Source: Rebecca billardiae RCC1528 (lineage: Eukaryota > Protista > Haptophyta). Taken from it: 64,000 nt of DNA. Shown here in pieces: positions 49,156-60,604 of this stretch. Within the stretch, counting starts at the first letter, position 1, and the number at the start of each line of letters is the position of its first letter. A program made the position numbers and the translations under genes. The DNA lies in assembly GCA_965240325.2 (NCBI GenBank), contig OZ251225.1, positions 2,666,001 to 2,730,000 on the forward strand. Reading direction: 5' to 3'. The notes below the pieces were generated by a model. The model made no database searches and was not told the DNA's origin. It saw only the letters and a list, made by a program, of their open reading frames with translations.

Positions 49156-51670
49156 GCCTCGCCGTGCGCTGGCGAGACAGCCGGGCACCGCCGCCTGCTG
49201 CCGCGCGCGAGATACGGCACGGTGTCGGCGCGGGCTCACGCTTACGGCATCCTGCGGCAGGCAGCGCACGCTGCTTACAGCTTACGGCCGCGTCCGCTCG
49301 AATCGGATGGCACAAACTCCCCATGGAACGATGGCTGTCGATCGGTGACGCTGCTGCAGGCTGGAGGCGAGGACGCTCGGACTTGGGCGGGCGCGCTTGG
49401 CCACGGGGGTGCGCCTCCGCTGCCCGTGCAATCGGAGCCCTCATGTCCCTTAACTGTGACTCGTAAGCCGCCTGGCAGGACGCCGGCCCGCGCACTCTGC
49501 GACTGCTGTACGGCGTACGCGATACAGACGATACTAGTTACTACCGGCTGTGTTGTGCATGACAGTGCATCATGACAGTGCATGCCTGTTCCGTCGTGAA
49601 TCGACGGCCCGGCGAACCCGGAAGGCGGAACTCGATCCGCGTAACTCTGTCAAAACTCACGTGGCAACACGACACACGTACCGAGTCCCGGCGGGTACGG
49701 CTACTCGGCTACTGTACGCGCCAACCCCGGACTCAGCATGCCGCAGCGACGCGGCGCTCACGCTGACGCTGACAGTGCCGGCAACTCAGCAGTCTTATAT
49801 CTCCCGAGTCCTCAGTCCGCGCACTCCGAGTCCGGCTCCGCCGCAGGCGCAGGCCGTCGGACGACGACCGCGTCGCCGGACACCGGTCACACGACCGGTC
49901 TAGAGAGATACTGTGAGTGAGTACTGACTGAACTGACTCTACTGATAACTGAGTGAGTACTGCTGTCATCGTTGTCTAATTCATCAACTAGTACCGAAAT
50001 AACGGCCCGCCATTCAAAAACGTAGCTAGTACTGTTCGACATCATTATTAAATTTTCAGATACAATATATTCAGCATTCAATTAGCAGGTAATAATATTT
50101 AAATACGATAGCAGCTGATTATTAGTAGAGTTACGGTGTGACACACTGGCAGCATCAGTCGTATTATAATTTGCAGGCTGCCAGGCTGTCGTTATTGGGC
50201 TTGGCACTCCCGCCGGGCCTCCCGGCCATAGTCACCCGCGTGGCGCACGTGCGGCGTGCCTGTGGCACGGCCGGGCCCAACCCTGCCCGTGGCGGCCCGT
50301 GCGGGGCAGCCGCGGCCGCCGCGGGCCCGCGGGCGCCGGGCGGGCGGCGCCGGCAGCGCGGGCGGCCCGCCGCCGGGCCCGGGGCGCCCGGCACCGCCCG
50401 GGGACCGCCTGGCCGCATGCGATTCGGACCGATTCAACAGACGCCACTGTCGCACGGATTCGTCGGGAAAGTTCTCAGACTGCCAGAGACAGGCTGCGGC
50501 GAGTAGTGACTAGTGTCACGAGACCGAGTGCCACTTCACTCACTTGTCAATAATCACATATTCATGGAGTCAGTCAATCGTCAGTGACTCGAGTAGATCG
50601 CTAGTTAGATGACTGTCTGACGAGTATGATACTCTGAGTCTCTTCTGAGTCAGCATCGTCAGCACCATCAGACTTTGCCGATGATTGGCGGCCGATTCTG
50701 ACAGCTGGAGAGTAGAGCGATGCAGCGGCCAGGGTTTGAACAGGCCGCAGCGGGCCGCCAGTCTGAGTCGCCGCAGGCTTCGGGGACCCTCAGTAGAGCG
50801 GTGCGCGATCGAGTCCGCGCCAGCGGAATACGTAGTAACAGGGCCTCACGCAGTCGGCAGCTGGAACCGGGCGCACGGCGGACTCTTATTACGGTACTAC
50901 TACGCGACTGACGACGACGTTATTCTTTTAGTAAGACGAATAATAGCAGTCGTACTGACGTAGTTACGACTACCATACTCACAGACCGTTGAGTCAGCCT
51001 GTTCGGAGTGTTCGGATGACAAGTCTGGCACCTCGGAGCCGGCCTAGGCTGCCTAACTACTGCTAGTAGCTTAGTATCAGCCGCGCGTAGCTAGATCTAC
51101 TGCTAGTAAGAATTCCTGCTGGGCCCCGGTTGGCCGGTTATCAATGCTGAGACCCCGGAGACCGCTGCCGTCTGCGAGAGTTCCGAGTGACCCGGCGCGG
51201 TCCGGGCCGGCGGGTCACCCCGGCCGGGCGCTATCGCCACTCATACTATCGGTCAATGCCGATACTCGTGGGACTCGTGGCAGCCGCCAGCCGACGCCGT
51301 GAAGCACGGGCACCGGCCACATGGCAACAGGGCCAGGGGCACCGGCCCGTACTCTGGCAGACGCACAACTAGCAGCCAGCCTTATTCGCCTTTCGCGATG
51401 GCTGCCTCTGCTCAGCGGCGCATCCGGCCACCATCCCGGATCGCGCCGAAAGCGGTCGTCGCTCCATCATGCGGCGCTTAGCAGAGGGTGCACTTCGTTC
51501 GGAGCGCGCAGGCGTACCGCGGGCGGTGCACCCTGCACGACCACGCGCCTGCGTGATCTGGCGCCGGCCGATTGAAATGCGAATGCCACCATGGCACTCA
51601 AACTCAAACGGTGCGAGAGATCGCGCGCACCACTGCCACGCAGGGGGCGCGTGGCATCGACGCGATGCAC

Positions 51671-51939
51671 TCATCCCAGCAGGCGCGCCACCGCGGCGTT
51701 GATGTTTCCGCCCGTGGCGATGAGCGCATCCAGAATCTTTGAGCGGTCATCAAACCCCATCTCAGTGACCGCGTCGATCTCAGCGCTGTACCGCGACTCC
51801 GCGGCCGCGCGCGCAGCCTCGGTCATCGCCGCGGTCGGGGTTGGGGCTGCAGCCTGCGCGCCGCTCGGCGTGGCAGCGGTGGCTGCGCCGCCTGCTGCTG
51901 GTGGGGTGAAGGCCAGCTGCTGCTGGAACATGTTGACCA

Positions 51940-51971
<32 letters not shown>

Positions 51972-53080
51972 GCCGCCGCCGCCGCCCCAGGCTGCTGCTG
52001 CTGCTGTGGAGCCTGCATCCCTCCAAACCCCATCGCGCCCGAGCCGCCACGGCCGAGCAGCTGCTGCATCACCGGATCCTGCATCGCCTCGAGCATGTCC
52101 TGCATGAGCGCCGGGTCGCCGAACATGGAGCCGAGCATACCACCCGAGTTGCCCGCAGCGTCTGCTCCGGCGCCGCCCCTACCGCCCGTCGCCGCCCCGG
52201 CCGCCCCGAGCCCGGCGCCTGGGGGCGCACTGGCCGCGCCGCCTCCGCCGAGCGTGGGGGCAGCGCCACGCGCAGCCCCGCCGCCGAATCCGCCGAACGG
52301 CAGCGCCGCGCCCAGATCGTCGGCACGGGCCGCCGAGCCACGCTCGGGCGCCGCCCACGGGTTCGGCAGGGCGGAGGTGTTCGGCGCCTCCGGCTGCTGT
52401 GAGCTCGTGCGGCTTGCGCCCGTCGGCTCGTCGCCGCCGCCGCCGTGCCCGCCCGGCGGCTGGGAAAGCGGCTCCTGGATGGTGTTGTACATTCGGCGCA
52501 GCGCGTTGAACCCCTCGGGATGCGACTCGATGTTGGACATCGCGCGGTCCGTCGTGCGCATCATCTCGCGCATCAGCTCCGGGTTGCGCGCCGTGGCCAT
52601 CGTCTGCCGCAGCGTTGCCGGGTCGGAGAGGAGGTGGCCGATCTCGGGATTGTTCTCGACGACCTCGCGCATCTGCGGGTTGGAGAAGAGGATCGTACGC
52701 AGCATCTCCGGGTCGGACATGATGTGCTGCATCAGCGGGTTGTCCATCATCGTCCGCATCGCGTCTGGGTCCATGCCGCCCATCCCCGGGAGCGCCGCTT
52801 GGCCACCGGAGTTGGCGGTTGGCACGGTGGCGGAGGCCGGCGGCAGCTCGCGCCGTGCGCCGCGCACGATGTGGATCGAGTCGCCGTCCTCAAACGATAT
52901 GTCAGCCAGCGTCCGGTCGTCGGTGAGCACGCGCCCGCGGTAGATGGCCTTCTGCAGGTCGACATCGAGCCCTGCCACGGCCGCGGCCACGCGCTGCTTC
53001 AGCTCGAGCACGGTGAGCGTGCTCTCGATGTCGTCCATCTCGAGGCGCGCGCCGGTCGAGACGATGATCTTCGCCTTCAT
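51671..53080 (-). CDS. UBQLN: Ubiquilin/Dsk2 (UBL-STI1-UBA)
   Basis: UBL (IYRGRVL.D..TL), NP-M-rich STI1 repeats, DRAMSNIESHPEGFNALRRMY, and UBA (EMGF...ALIATGGNINAAV). Confidence 0.94.
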
Positions 53081-54391
53081 GGCGCAGTTCCAAACCTCGC
53101 CCGAGCAGACGACCCGCGCGCGAGCCCACACGGATCGCGCAGCAGCGAGGACGACTCACGCCTTCTTCCAGGGTCTTTACCACCGCTTCGCGTGGCCCGT
53201 CGCCCGGACTCACTGCAGCGGACGGTCTTTTCCGGACGGACGCTGAGCCGCCACAGGCGGATGCAGGGGCGCTCGCGTCGTCGTCGACTTCTTGCTAGGT
53301 GAGACGCGACTGACGCTTGACTGATTTAGGGAGGCTCGGGCAGTACACGTCCATGGCCATCTGCCGCACGGTCGCAGCAATGCGTAAAATTACGACTCAG
53401 CTTACTAGCAGCGCAGCATTATCAATCACGGCGACGCCTGCCGCCGACTGGGACCGGGCCCCGGACGCGAACTCGTGGGCCGCGCGACCCGCCAAGCAGG
53501 CTGAAACATTCCGCCAGTCCCTGGCTCATCCGGCCGGCCGCCACCCGCCGACTCGCAGACACTCTGCTCTCAGTCTCCCTAATAGTCACTGGTAACACTC
53601 TCAGCCCGCGCGCGGCCGACGTCGTCAGCGCCGCGTCGGGTCGGGCCGCCGGGTCGGCGGGTGGTCGGGCACTCGGGCCGGTGGTCGGAATGCGGTGGGG
53701 CTCGGACCGCGCTACTTGCCCTTGCGGCGCCGAGACCGCGCGGCCGACTGGCGACTCGCGGACCGTCACGCGGTCCGACGAAACCCTGCCGGTGCCAAGC
53801 TGCTCGTGAGGCGGGCCGGCAGTGCCCAGTGGCCTGGGCCGGCTGCCCCTGCTCACTGGCAGCCCAACTGCCCGCGGCCAACGCCGAGAAAGTGCCGGAC
53901 TCTCTCGCCCGAGCCGCCAGCGTCGGGCCGAGCGGGCGAGCCCGCGCCGCCGCTGAGGCAATGTGTCATAAGACATAACAACAGCCCTCTGTACGGTCTG
54001 TACGGAATTGTTACTCAGTTGTAGATGAACTCCGAATCCGATTGTGAAGACTGAAGTGCCCGGCCGCACTTTTAGTAAGAGCAGTTGACTTTTAGCTAAC
54101 TATCTGAAATAGCATATATCAGTGATTATTCATTAAATCTGATTTGATTTGTAAACTGCAAGCCTGGTGCGGCGCGGCAATGGCACTGAGGCGTTGCCAC
54201 CGGCACCGGTGCCGACGGATTCACAGAATGCGGCATGCCAGCCGCAGTTCTCCACAGCAGGCATGCTCCCAGCCGCAGTTCTCCACAGCAGGCATGCTCA
54301 GACGCGATCGTGCAGGCAGTGACGCCATTTGCCCCAGCGCTGCCAGTCATGTTATGATCAGGAATGCCGTCCGCCCCGTCGGAGCCCTCCG

Positions 54392-55120
54392 TCAGCGAGG
54401 CCCTCCGTGATGCGGGTAAGGAGCGGGCGGCATGCCAGGTGGCGCGCCACCGCCCTGTGGAGGTCCACCGATCCCGAATGCAGCAGCTAGCGCCGATTGT
54501 GGCATGCCACCTGGCCCAGGGCCACCGAGGGCCTGGGGCGGGGGCGCATAGCCGTAGCCGCCAGGTGGCCCCATGGCCGGTGGCATCTGCCCCATGTGTG
54601 CAGGCGGCCTCGGCGGCGGGGGAGGGAGCTGGTGCCCCGGCGGTGCAAAGCCACCACCTGGCGGGAAGCCACCACCTGGCGCCGGGAAGCCGCCGCCGCC
54701 TGGCGCCGGGAAGCCGCCGCCGCCTGGCGCCGGGAAGCCGCCGCCCGCTGGCGCCGGGAAGCCGCCGCCCGGCTGGTTTGGGTTTGGGGGTGGTAGTGGC
54801 ATGCCTACGCGAAGGCGTTGGCAAGGGGCGACGGAACGATATGGTGGAGGGGCATGCGCGGTCAGACATCGGATCAGAGCGCTTCGTCGCGCGCCGCGAC
54901 CGAACTTCGCGCGCGCTGATGGGCGAGGCGCGCTCTGCAACGTACTCGGCACATTGGGCAGGCCGCCGGGACCAGCATTCTCTCGCAGCTGCAGCTGGAA
55001 TTTCGCATAGTACTCGACGACACTCATGATGTGCCTGCGCCCGCTCATGTGCTGCCGCCTGCCAGAGACGGAAGAGTGCGTCAAGAAGATCTCGCAGTAG
55101 TCGCAGTAGAAGCGCGGCAT
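54392..55120 (-). CDS. SNRPC: U1 snRNP protein C; probable in-frame intron 54805-54945
   Basis: [30 protein letters not shown] zinc finger and Pro/Gly-rich tail with GGGFPAPG repeats. Confidence 0.94.
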   Translation of the reverse strand: MPRFYCDYCEIFLTHSSVSGRRQHMSGRRHIMSVVEYYAKFQLQLRENAGPGGLPNVPSTLQSAPRPSARAKFGRGARRSALIRCLTAHAPPPYRSVAPCQRLRVGMPLPPPNPNQPGGGFPAPAGGGFPAPGGGGFPAPGGGGFPAPGGGFPPGGGFAPPGHQLPPPPPRPPAHMGQMPPAMGPPGGYGYAPPPQALGGPGPGGMPQSALAAAFGIGGPPQGGGAPPGMPPAPYPHHGGPR

Positions 55121-55254
55121 GATGGCGTCTGCGAGGCGCTCGACCTCTCAAGCTTTCGCTTGACCGTGAGGCGTGACGTCGTTGCGGGGCTCCACGTCCG
55201 GAAAGCTGGGCTGATGCTTTTCTCCGGACCAAGTCAACGACGCCGCCGCTGCTC

Positions 55255-56148
55255 ATGATCACCATCGATCGGAAACCGTCCACCGCGGAAAGTCGGAAAC
55301 CACAAGCTGCAGTGCTGGCGGCAGAGCCGGGGGCCCACGGCAACTCACAACTCCTGCCTGAACTCGCGACGATTCGTCAGCCTTGGCGGGGGATGGTAGA
55401 GGCGCGCCATGAAGCGGAGCGGTCACTCCTGCTCTCCGAGATGGAAGACATGGAATTCCATCGTGCAGCCCTCGAGTCGCAGCTCAGCCTAGCGACCACC
55501 ACAAAGCTACCGACCTCGCACACGCGCGCAGACGACGTTGTGTCAAAAGGCGTGATGCGCGCTGAACTGGCCGACCTCGAGCGAAAGATGGAGGAGGCGC
55601 GCGCGCTCCAGCGCGCCGCGGAGCACATCTACCACACGCACCTGTCGGTCTTTTCGCACACGCTCTCGAGCATGGAGGAGAGCGAGGCAAGCCTGGGCCT
55701 CGAGCGTGCCGCGGCGGCTCAGCCACCTGAGTCTTCATCGGCGACGCTTGCAGCTCCGCCTGTCAACATGGGCGAGCTTCGCCAGGCCGTGGTCGCGCTG
55801 GAGCACCTGCTCGATGCCGAGCTTGGGGCACCCTCGCCGGCGCCGCCGCTGGCCCCCGCGCCAGACCTTGTCTGCGCCATGCAACTCGATCAAGTGCTTC
55901 GGGCAGCGCTGGCCTCGGCGCCTGTACACGCGCAGTCGCGCAGTGCCCTGCTCGGTGTGGAGGGCCGCTCGATCATGTCGCGCGCTGTCCAAGCGCTCGG
56001 CCGGCGCGCGCACGGCATCACCGTCGCTGTGCAGGAGCTTGCCGCGCTTCAGGCCATTCTCGAGGCCGAGATCGGCATGCTTGAACCAGTTGCTGCGCAG
56101 CTATACGGCGGCGCTCCGGCGTTTGCGGCGCCAGTCGCCGGGGGATGA
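55255..56148 (+). CDS. Hypothetical coiled-coil protein (start may be 55393)
   Basis: L/E/A-rich helical ORF followed by AT-rich intergenic DNA. Confidence 0.55.
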   Translation: MITIDRKPSTAESRKPQAAVLAAEPGAHGNSQLLPELATIRQPWRGMVEARHEAERSLLLSEMEDMEFHRAALESQLSLATTTKLPTSHTRADDVVSKGVMRAELADLERKMEEARALQRAAEHIYHTHLSVFSHTLSSMEESEASLGLERAAAAQPPESSSATLAAPPVNMGELRQAVVALEHLLDAELGAPSPAPPLAPAPDLVCAMQLDQVLRAALASAPVHAQSRSALLGVEGRSIMSRAVQALGRRAHGITVAVQELAALQAILEAEIGMLEPVAAQLYGGAPAFAAPVAGG

Positions 56149-56394
56149 TTCGGATACTACTACTAACAGTACTATGCAACGTCACGTGACTGTATGGCCG
56201 TTGGTCTGGGCGTGAACGTTGTAGGGAGCTAAACTGTGGCGCGAAGGCCTCAACCTCGGAGCCTGTAAGCTGCTAAGCTGCTACGATTCCGGACGTTCCA
56301 TCGCGGAGCCTGGTGACAGGCTTCCATAGTTATTCATCGCTAGCTACTGAGCTATTGTCGTAGTTATAATTGGACGGCCGTTTTCGCCCGCCCC

Positions 56395-57612
56395 ATGGCG
56401 GACTGGCGCCAGGCCGGCACTGGGGCGACAGGCGCGGCCGGCCGCGAGCTGGCTGCCCTCACGCGCGAGGAGCGCGAGCTGGAAGCCTCGCTGCGCGAGC
56501 TCGACGCCAGACTTTCCGCGGTGGCCTCGCTGAGGCAGCGGCGCGAGAGACGCGTCGGCCATCCGGCAACAGCGGCGACTGCCACTTCCCGGGCAGACAC
56601 ATCTCCGGCGGCCGAGAAGCCGCCATTGTCATCGCGCCCGGCGGATGCCGATGGCCATCGCGGCCGTCCGATTCTTGCGCAGCCGCTGCAGGGCTTCGGC
56701 CCCGTGCCCGCTGCGTACCCGACCCCATCGACCACGGGTCAGCCCGCGCAGGCAGCCCCGCAATCGAGCTGTGCGAGTGTGTCTGGCCCGGACGTTGGCG
56801 CGCTCGCACGCCAACGTGCCGACGCCATCGCCGCTCAACAGCACGCTGCCAGCCATGCTACCGCAATCACGCAGCAGTCACAACCGATGCTCCGGCAGCC
56901 GCCACCAGTTCCCCCCTTCGGGCTGGGCACGCCACTGCAAGTCCCCGCAGCGCCGCACGCTGGCGCTGCACAATGGCCTGCCGGCCCGCCAATGGATCAC
57001 TATTGTCCTGGCCATGGGGCCGGAGCGCTAGGTGCGCATCTGTCGTACCCCAGTGGATACCTCTACCAGCCGCAGCTGGCGCCTGGCCTCGGGGCGCCAC
57101 ACCACGCCGCCTCCTTTGCGCAACAAGCTCCAGCAGCCGGGGCATACGTTGCAGGACGTGAGCCTCCGCGGCAGCACTGGGCTGGGTACGGTGCACATCC
57201 CTCCAGCGTGGCATTCGGGTATCTCGGCGCTGCCGGCGCATCATATGCGCCAAGCGCGCTCGGCACAGCCCTGCCGTCGTGCACATCACCACACTACAGC
57301 GTGATGCAGCACGCGCCAGTGTTGCCTGCTAGTGCTGGCGGGCAGAATGACGATGCGTGGATGCAGGCTGCACATCGGGCTCAGCCAGCGTTCCCGCCTC
57401 GAGCAGGGCCTGGAGCTGCGCCACCAGCGGCACCATATCGTTGGGATGGCGGCGGGGGGCGTGGGCCGCCAGGTGCTGTGCTGATGCCAGCCGGCGCCGC
57501 AGGCGCCGCTCCCGCACATCACCCACATCAGTATCTGGGCCCGGGGCTGGCACCGCTGGGCCTGGCGTCGCAGCGGCAGTGGCAGCAGTGTCATAATCAG
57601 CCACATCGTTGA
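56395..57612 (+). CDS. Hypothetical protein: short coiled coil plus P/A/G/Q/Y-rich low-complexity region
   Basis: 405-aa ORF bounded by AT-rich spacers. No recognised domain. Confidence 0.55.
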   Translation: MADWRQAGTGATGAAGRELAALTREERELEASLRELDARLSAVASLRQRRERRVGHPATAATATSRADTSPAAEKPPLSSRPADADGHRGRPILAQPLQGFGPVPAAYPTPSTTGQPAQAAPQSSCASVSGPDVGALARQRADAIAAQQHAASHATAITQQSQPMLRQPPPVPPFGLGTPLQVPAAPHAGAAQWPAGPPMDHYCPGHGAGALGAHLSYPSGYLYQPQLAPGLGAPHHAASFAQQAPAAGAYVAGREPPRQHWAGYGAHPSSVAFGYLGAAGASYAPSALGTALPSCTSPHYSVMQHAPVLPASAGGQNDDAWMQAAHRAQPAFPPRAGPGAAPPAAPYRWDGGGGRGPPGAVLMPAGAAGAAPAHHPHQYLGPGLAPLGLASQRQWQQCHNQPHR

Positions 57613-58496
57613 CCCCCGGGCGGAGCCAGCTGCTTGATGGGCGATCCGGCGGCATGATATAATCTGCTGACGATGCATTATTTTGTTATTTGCATACTAC
57701 CGCCGCCACATTATTATAAACGTGTCGTACGGACTAATAACCGAATAACCGCCGCTACTCCGTAGCTACGGCATATATTATTATAATAATAGTACGTATA
57801 TGACTACTATGAGGGGCTCCGCGGTGCCAAGTTCCGTGTCAAAGTAGCTGGCGGGCCCTCACGAGGCCGCATAGCGTGAGTTTAGGCTAATAGCGTACAG
57901 CCATATCGCAGCAGCTAGTTAGTCTACGACTACAGTTTACTAAGAATAAGAGACGCACACAGCTCAGGCAGGCGAGATTACCATTGACTAACAGTCACGC
58001 AGCTCACGCGATCGACGCGGTCAGCCGGACGATTGGCATTGCTGATCGTTGACCACCTGCCCCGGCCCGGCGCCCCCGGCTGCCCGTGGCCGTTAGCCGC
58101 GGGTCGCTGGCAGATATGCCAGTGGCAGAAGGCAGATGACACCTGACAGGCTGACTGCGCTGACACTTAGCTCCGCAGTCGTCGTCATCATCTCAGAGAC
58201 TCAATGCCAACCCGCCGATATGCCCATCCATATAAATAATACAATAATATATATCATTATAATATTCCCGGCGATGATGCGGCGAGGAATGCCCGCGCAG
58301 AATAATGGCGGATGATGCGCGGACACTATTGACTTCATTGACGAGCAGCTAGATCATTGTCAAGCTGACAAGCATCCGAAGAGTAGAGCGCGCAGTAATT
58401 CCGGGTCCGACTCCAGACACGCCGAACTCGTGGCGCATACCGCCGATCCGACGACGCGCCGAGTCTCCTGCCGTGTCACATGGCAGCCGGCGCCTC

Positions 58497-59375
58497 TCAG
58501 CTGTCTTCATTCTCGGCGGCGAGGGGTCCGGGATGGTGATGATGCGACGACAATTCGTACAGTACGCTCAGGGCAAGGAGCCGGCGCCGGCCCCCGCGGC
58601 GAGGAGGCCCGTTGGTCACATTGACGTAGACCGGGTGCACTTCGCATCGCTCGCCTGGCAGAGCCAGGGCGCGGAGCTGCTCGCGCCGTGCCGTGCGCGG
58701 CACGTACGCGACTGCGCGCTGTGCGACACGCCGTGCCGCGCCCAGCGTGACGGAGAGCGGAGGATCGAGCATCCTCTCAACGTCGAACTCGGGCTGGCTC
58801 AAGTACTCTGGCCCGCCCCACGGCGGACTCAGGAAGACAGCATCAGCGCGCAGAGCGCCCGCAGCTAATTCGTAAAAGTCAGCGCACACAAAGTCGATGC
58901 GGTGCTCGACGCCATAGACCGCAGCGTTGTGACGGGCGATCGCCAGGCGAGACGGGTCGATGTCGATGGCAAGCACTCGTGCAGATGTGCGTGTGAGCGC
59001 AATCGCATCCGCCCCAGAGCCTGCGAATGCGTCGATGACGAGACCATGCGGCGATGTGCACATGCGAGCATGGGCGCGCGCGACAGCTTCTGGCGTCACC
59101 GAGAACCAAGCCGTCGCGTCGAGACGGATGCCCTCCTCGTACCGCCAGAACAGCGCGTGGCGACGCGCGTAGAACTTGCTCAACTCCGGGGAGAAGGGCG
59201 GGCGCACATTGCCACTCTCTGCCTGAAAGATGCGCGCTGTCTCCGCTGGCGCCAGCGGACGGGCGCGTGAGCGGCGCTTGCCTCGCCTTCTGCAACGCGC
59301 TCGCGGCGCAAGGAGGGAGTGCAAACGTAGGACTCTGACGATGGGACCGGGCGGGGGCGGCGCAGCAGCAGCCAT
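58497..59375 (-). CDS. TGS1: Trimethylguanosine synthase (RNA cap hypermethylase)
   Basis: GIRLD..AWFSVTPE, IDAFAGSG, IDIDP...ARHNAAVYGV and VFLSPPWGGPEY. Confidence 0.93.
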   Translation of the reverse strand: MAAAAPPPPGPIVRVLRLHSLLAPRARCRRRGKRRSRARPLAPAETARIFQAESGNVRPPFSPELSKFYARRHALFWRYEEGIRLDATAWFSVTPEAVARAHARMCTSPHGLVIDAFAGSGADAIALTRTSARVLAIDIDPSRLAIARHNAAVYGVEHRIDFVCADFYELAAGALRADAVFLSPPWGGPEYLSQPEFDVERMLDPPLSVTLGAARRVAQRAVAYVPRTARREQLRALALPGERCEVHPVYVNVTNGPPRRGGRRRLLALSVLYELSSHHHHPGPLAAENEDS

Positions 59376-59509
59376 GCTGATGAACGCGCGCCAAGCTTCT
59401 ACTAATAACTACCGTAAAACGCGATCGATCGCGTGCCGCTCACGCGTGCGTCAGACCCGCTCGCTCGGTGATCGCAACCCGACCCGGGACGGCCCGACGA
59501 TCGCGCGGG

Positions 59510-60118
59510 ATGAAGGCGCAAGGCGCCATCTGTGCGGCGATTCTCGTCGCGACGCTTCCATCTGGCTGCGAAGCATATGCCGTACTTCGGCGCACTGGAT
59601 CTGCTCGCTCGGCGCTGCTGCCCACGGCCGGCTCGAGCGTGCAGCCCGCTGTGCCATCCGCGAGTCCCCAGGTTGCGCGGCAGTGCCGGCAACGCGCGCA
59701 CGTGCGCGCCGCAGCCGGCTCGCTCGACGGTGGTGTATCGGACGCGGTCTTCGGCATTGCGTTCTTCATCCTTCTGTCTGGCTCGGGCATTCTCTTTATC
59801 AAGTCGACCTTCTACGAGAGCCAGGACAGCAGCTCCATCCTCGAGGGCGATCCGTTCTCTGCTGTCGGCCAGCGCTTCGGTGGCCCACGGATGACTGAGG
59901 CCGACGCACTTGCAAGGGCGGACGAGATCAGCTCGCAGCTGCGTATAGCAATCCAAGAGAAGGAGTACCCCACAGCGCTCCAGCTCAAGCGCGAGCTCGC
60001 CAACCTCATGGTGGACTACAAGCTCGATTACACCGTCGATGCGGACATGCCAATCGGCACGAGCATGGCGCCGGACGGCGATGATCCCGAACTCGACAGC
60101 GAGCTGCCGTCAGTCTGA
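59510..60118 (+). CDS. Hypothetical, probably plastid-targeted membrane protein with a UVR-like helical hairpin
   Basis: Signal peptide-like start, R/A/S-rich transit-like stretch, one TM segment, and LRIAIQEKEYPTALQLKREL. Confidence 0.6.
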   Translation: MKAQGAICAAILVATLPSGCEAYAVLRRTGSARSALLPTAGSSVQPAVPSASPQVARQCRQRAHVRAAAGSLDGGVSDAVFGIAFFILLSGSGILFIKSTFYESQDSSSILEGDPFSAVGQRFGGPRMTEADALARADEISSQLRIAIQEKEYPTALQLKRELANLMVDYKLDYTVDADMPIGTSMAPDGDDPELDSELPSV

Positions 60119-60604
60119 ATCTGAGAGGAGTCTGGCGTGGCCCTGCGATGCACCCTGCTGCCCGCGCGCCGCGTGACCCGAGGCGGGCGATGACGGGGTC
60201 CCAGGGCTGGGCCGCGTGAGCCCGATGACGGGTCTACTCCGCCGCCGCCGCCCGCCTCGGGCGGGTGGCGGCCCTCCGGGGTCTGACAGTGTCAGTGTCA
60301 GTGATCTTCAGCGGCGGACGGTCGCCCGCGGCTGAATTGAGTTGCTGTCAGTACTGTACTCAGCGTGGCAGGGCCGCGCAGGGGCCAGGCAGCAGGCTGC
60401 TGCGACCATTGAAGGGAAGTCCATTGGGTCATCGTGACGTTAGTCAGCCTGCCGAGCTACCGGTACAGTAGCGTAAGCACTGTGCGCCAATCCGGCGGCG
60501 TTCTCATTGGTTCCTCGTCCGTTCGATGGTGGTCGGTGGCCGCGGCGCGCGTGCACGCGCCATCGGAAGCGGCACGTTGGCGCGCGCCGTCGGGACCGAC
60601 CGAC

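Noticed and set aside
50002-50015. ACGGCCCGCCATTC, a 14-bp inverse match to the Helitron2-like 5' junction
   Set aside because: No hairpin partner or second terminus nearby, and part of the match is LTR flank. Probably chance.
54392-59375. U1-C near TGS1 (snRNP), and LC8/Spg1/CEP70-like (centrosome), as functional gene clusters
   Set aside because: They are interspersed with unrelated genes. Proximity alone in a compact genome is not evidence without synteny data.
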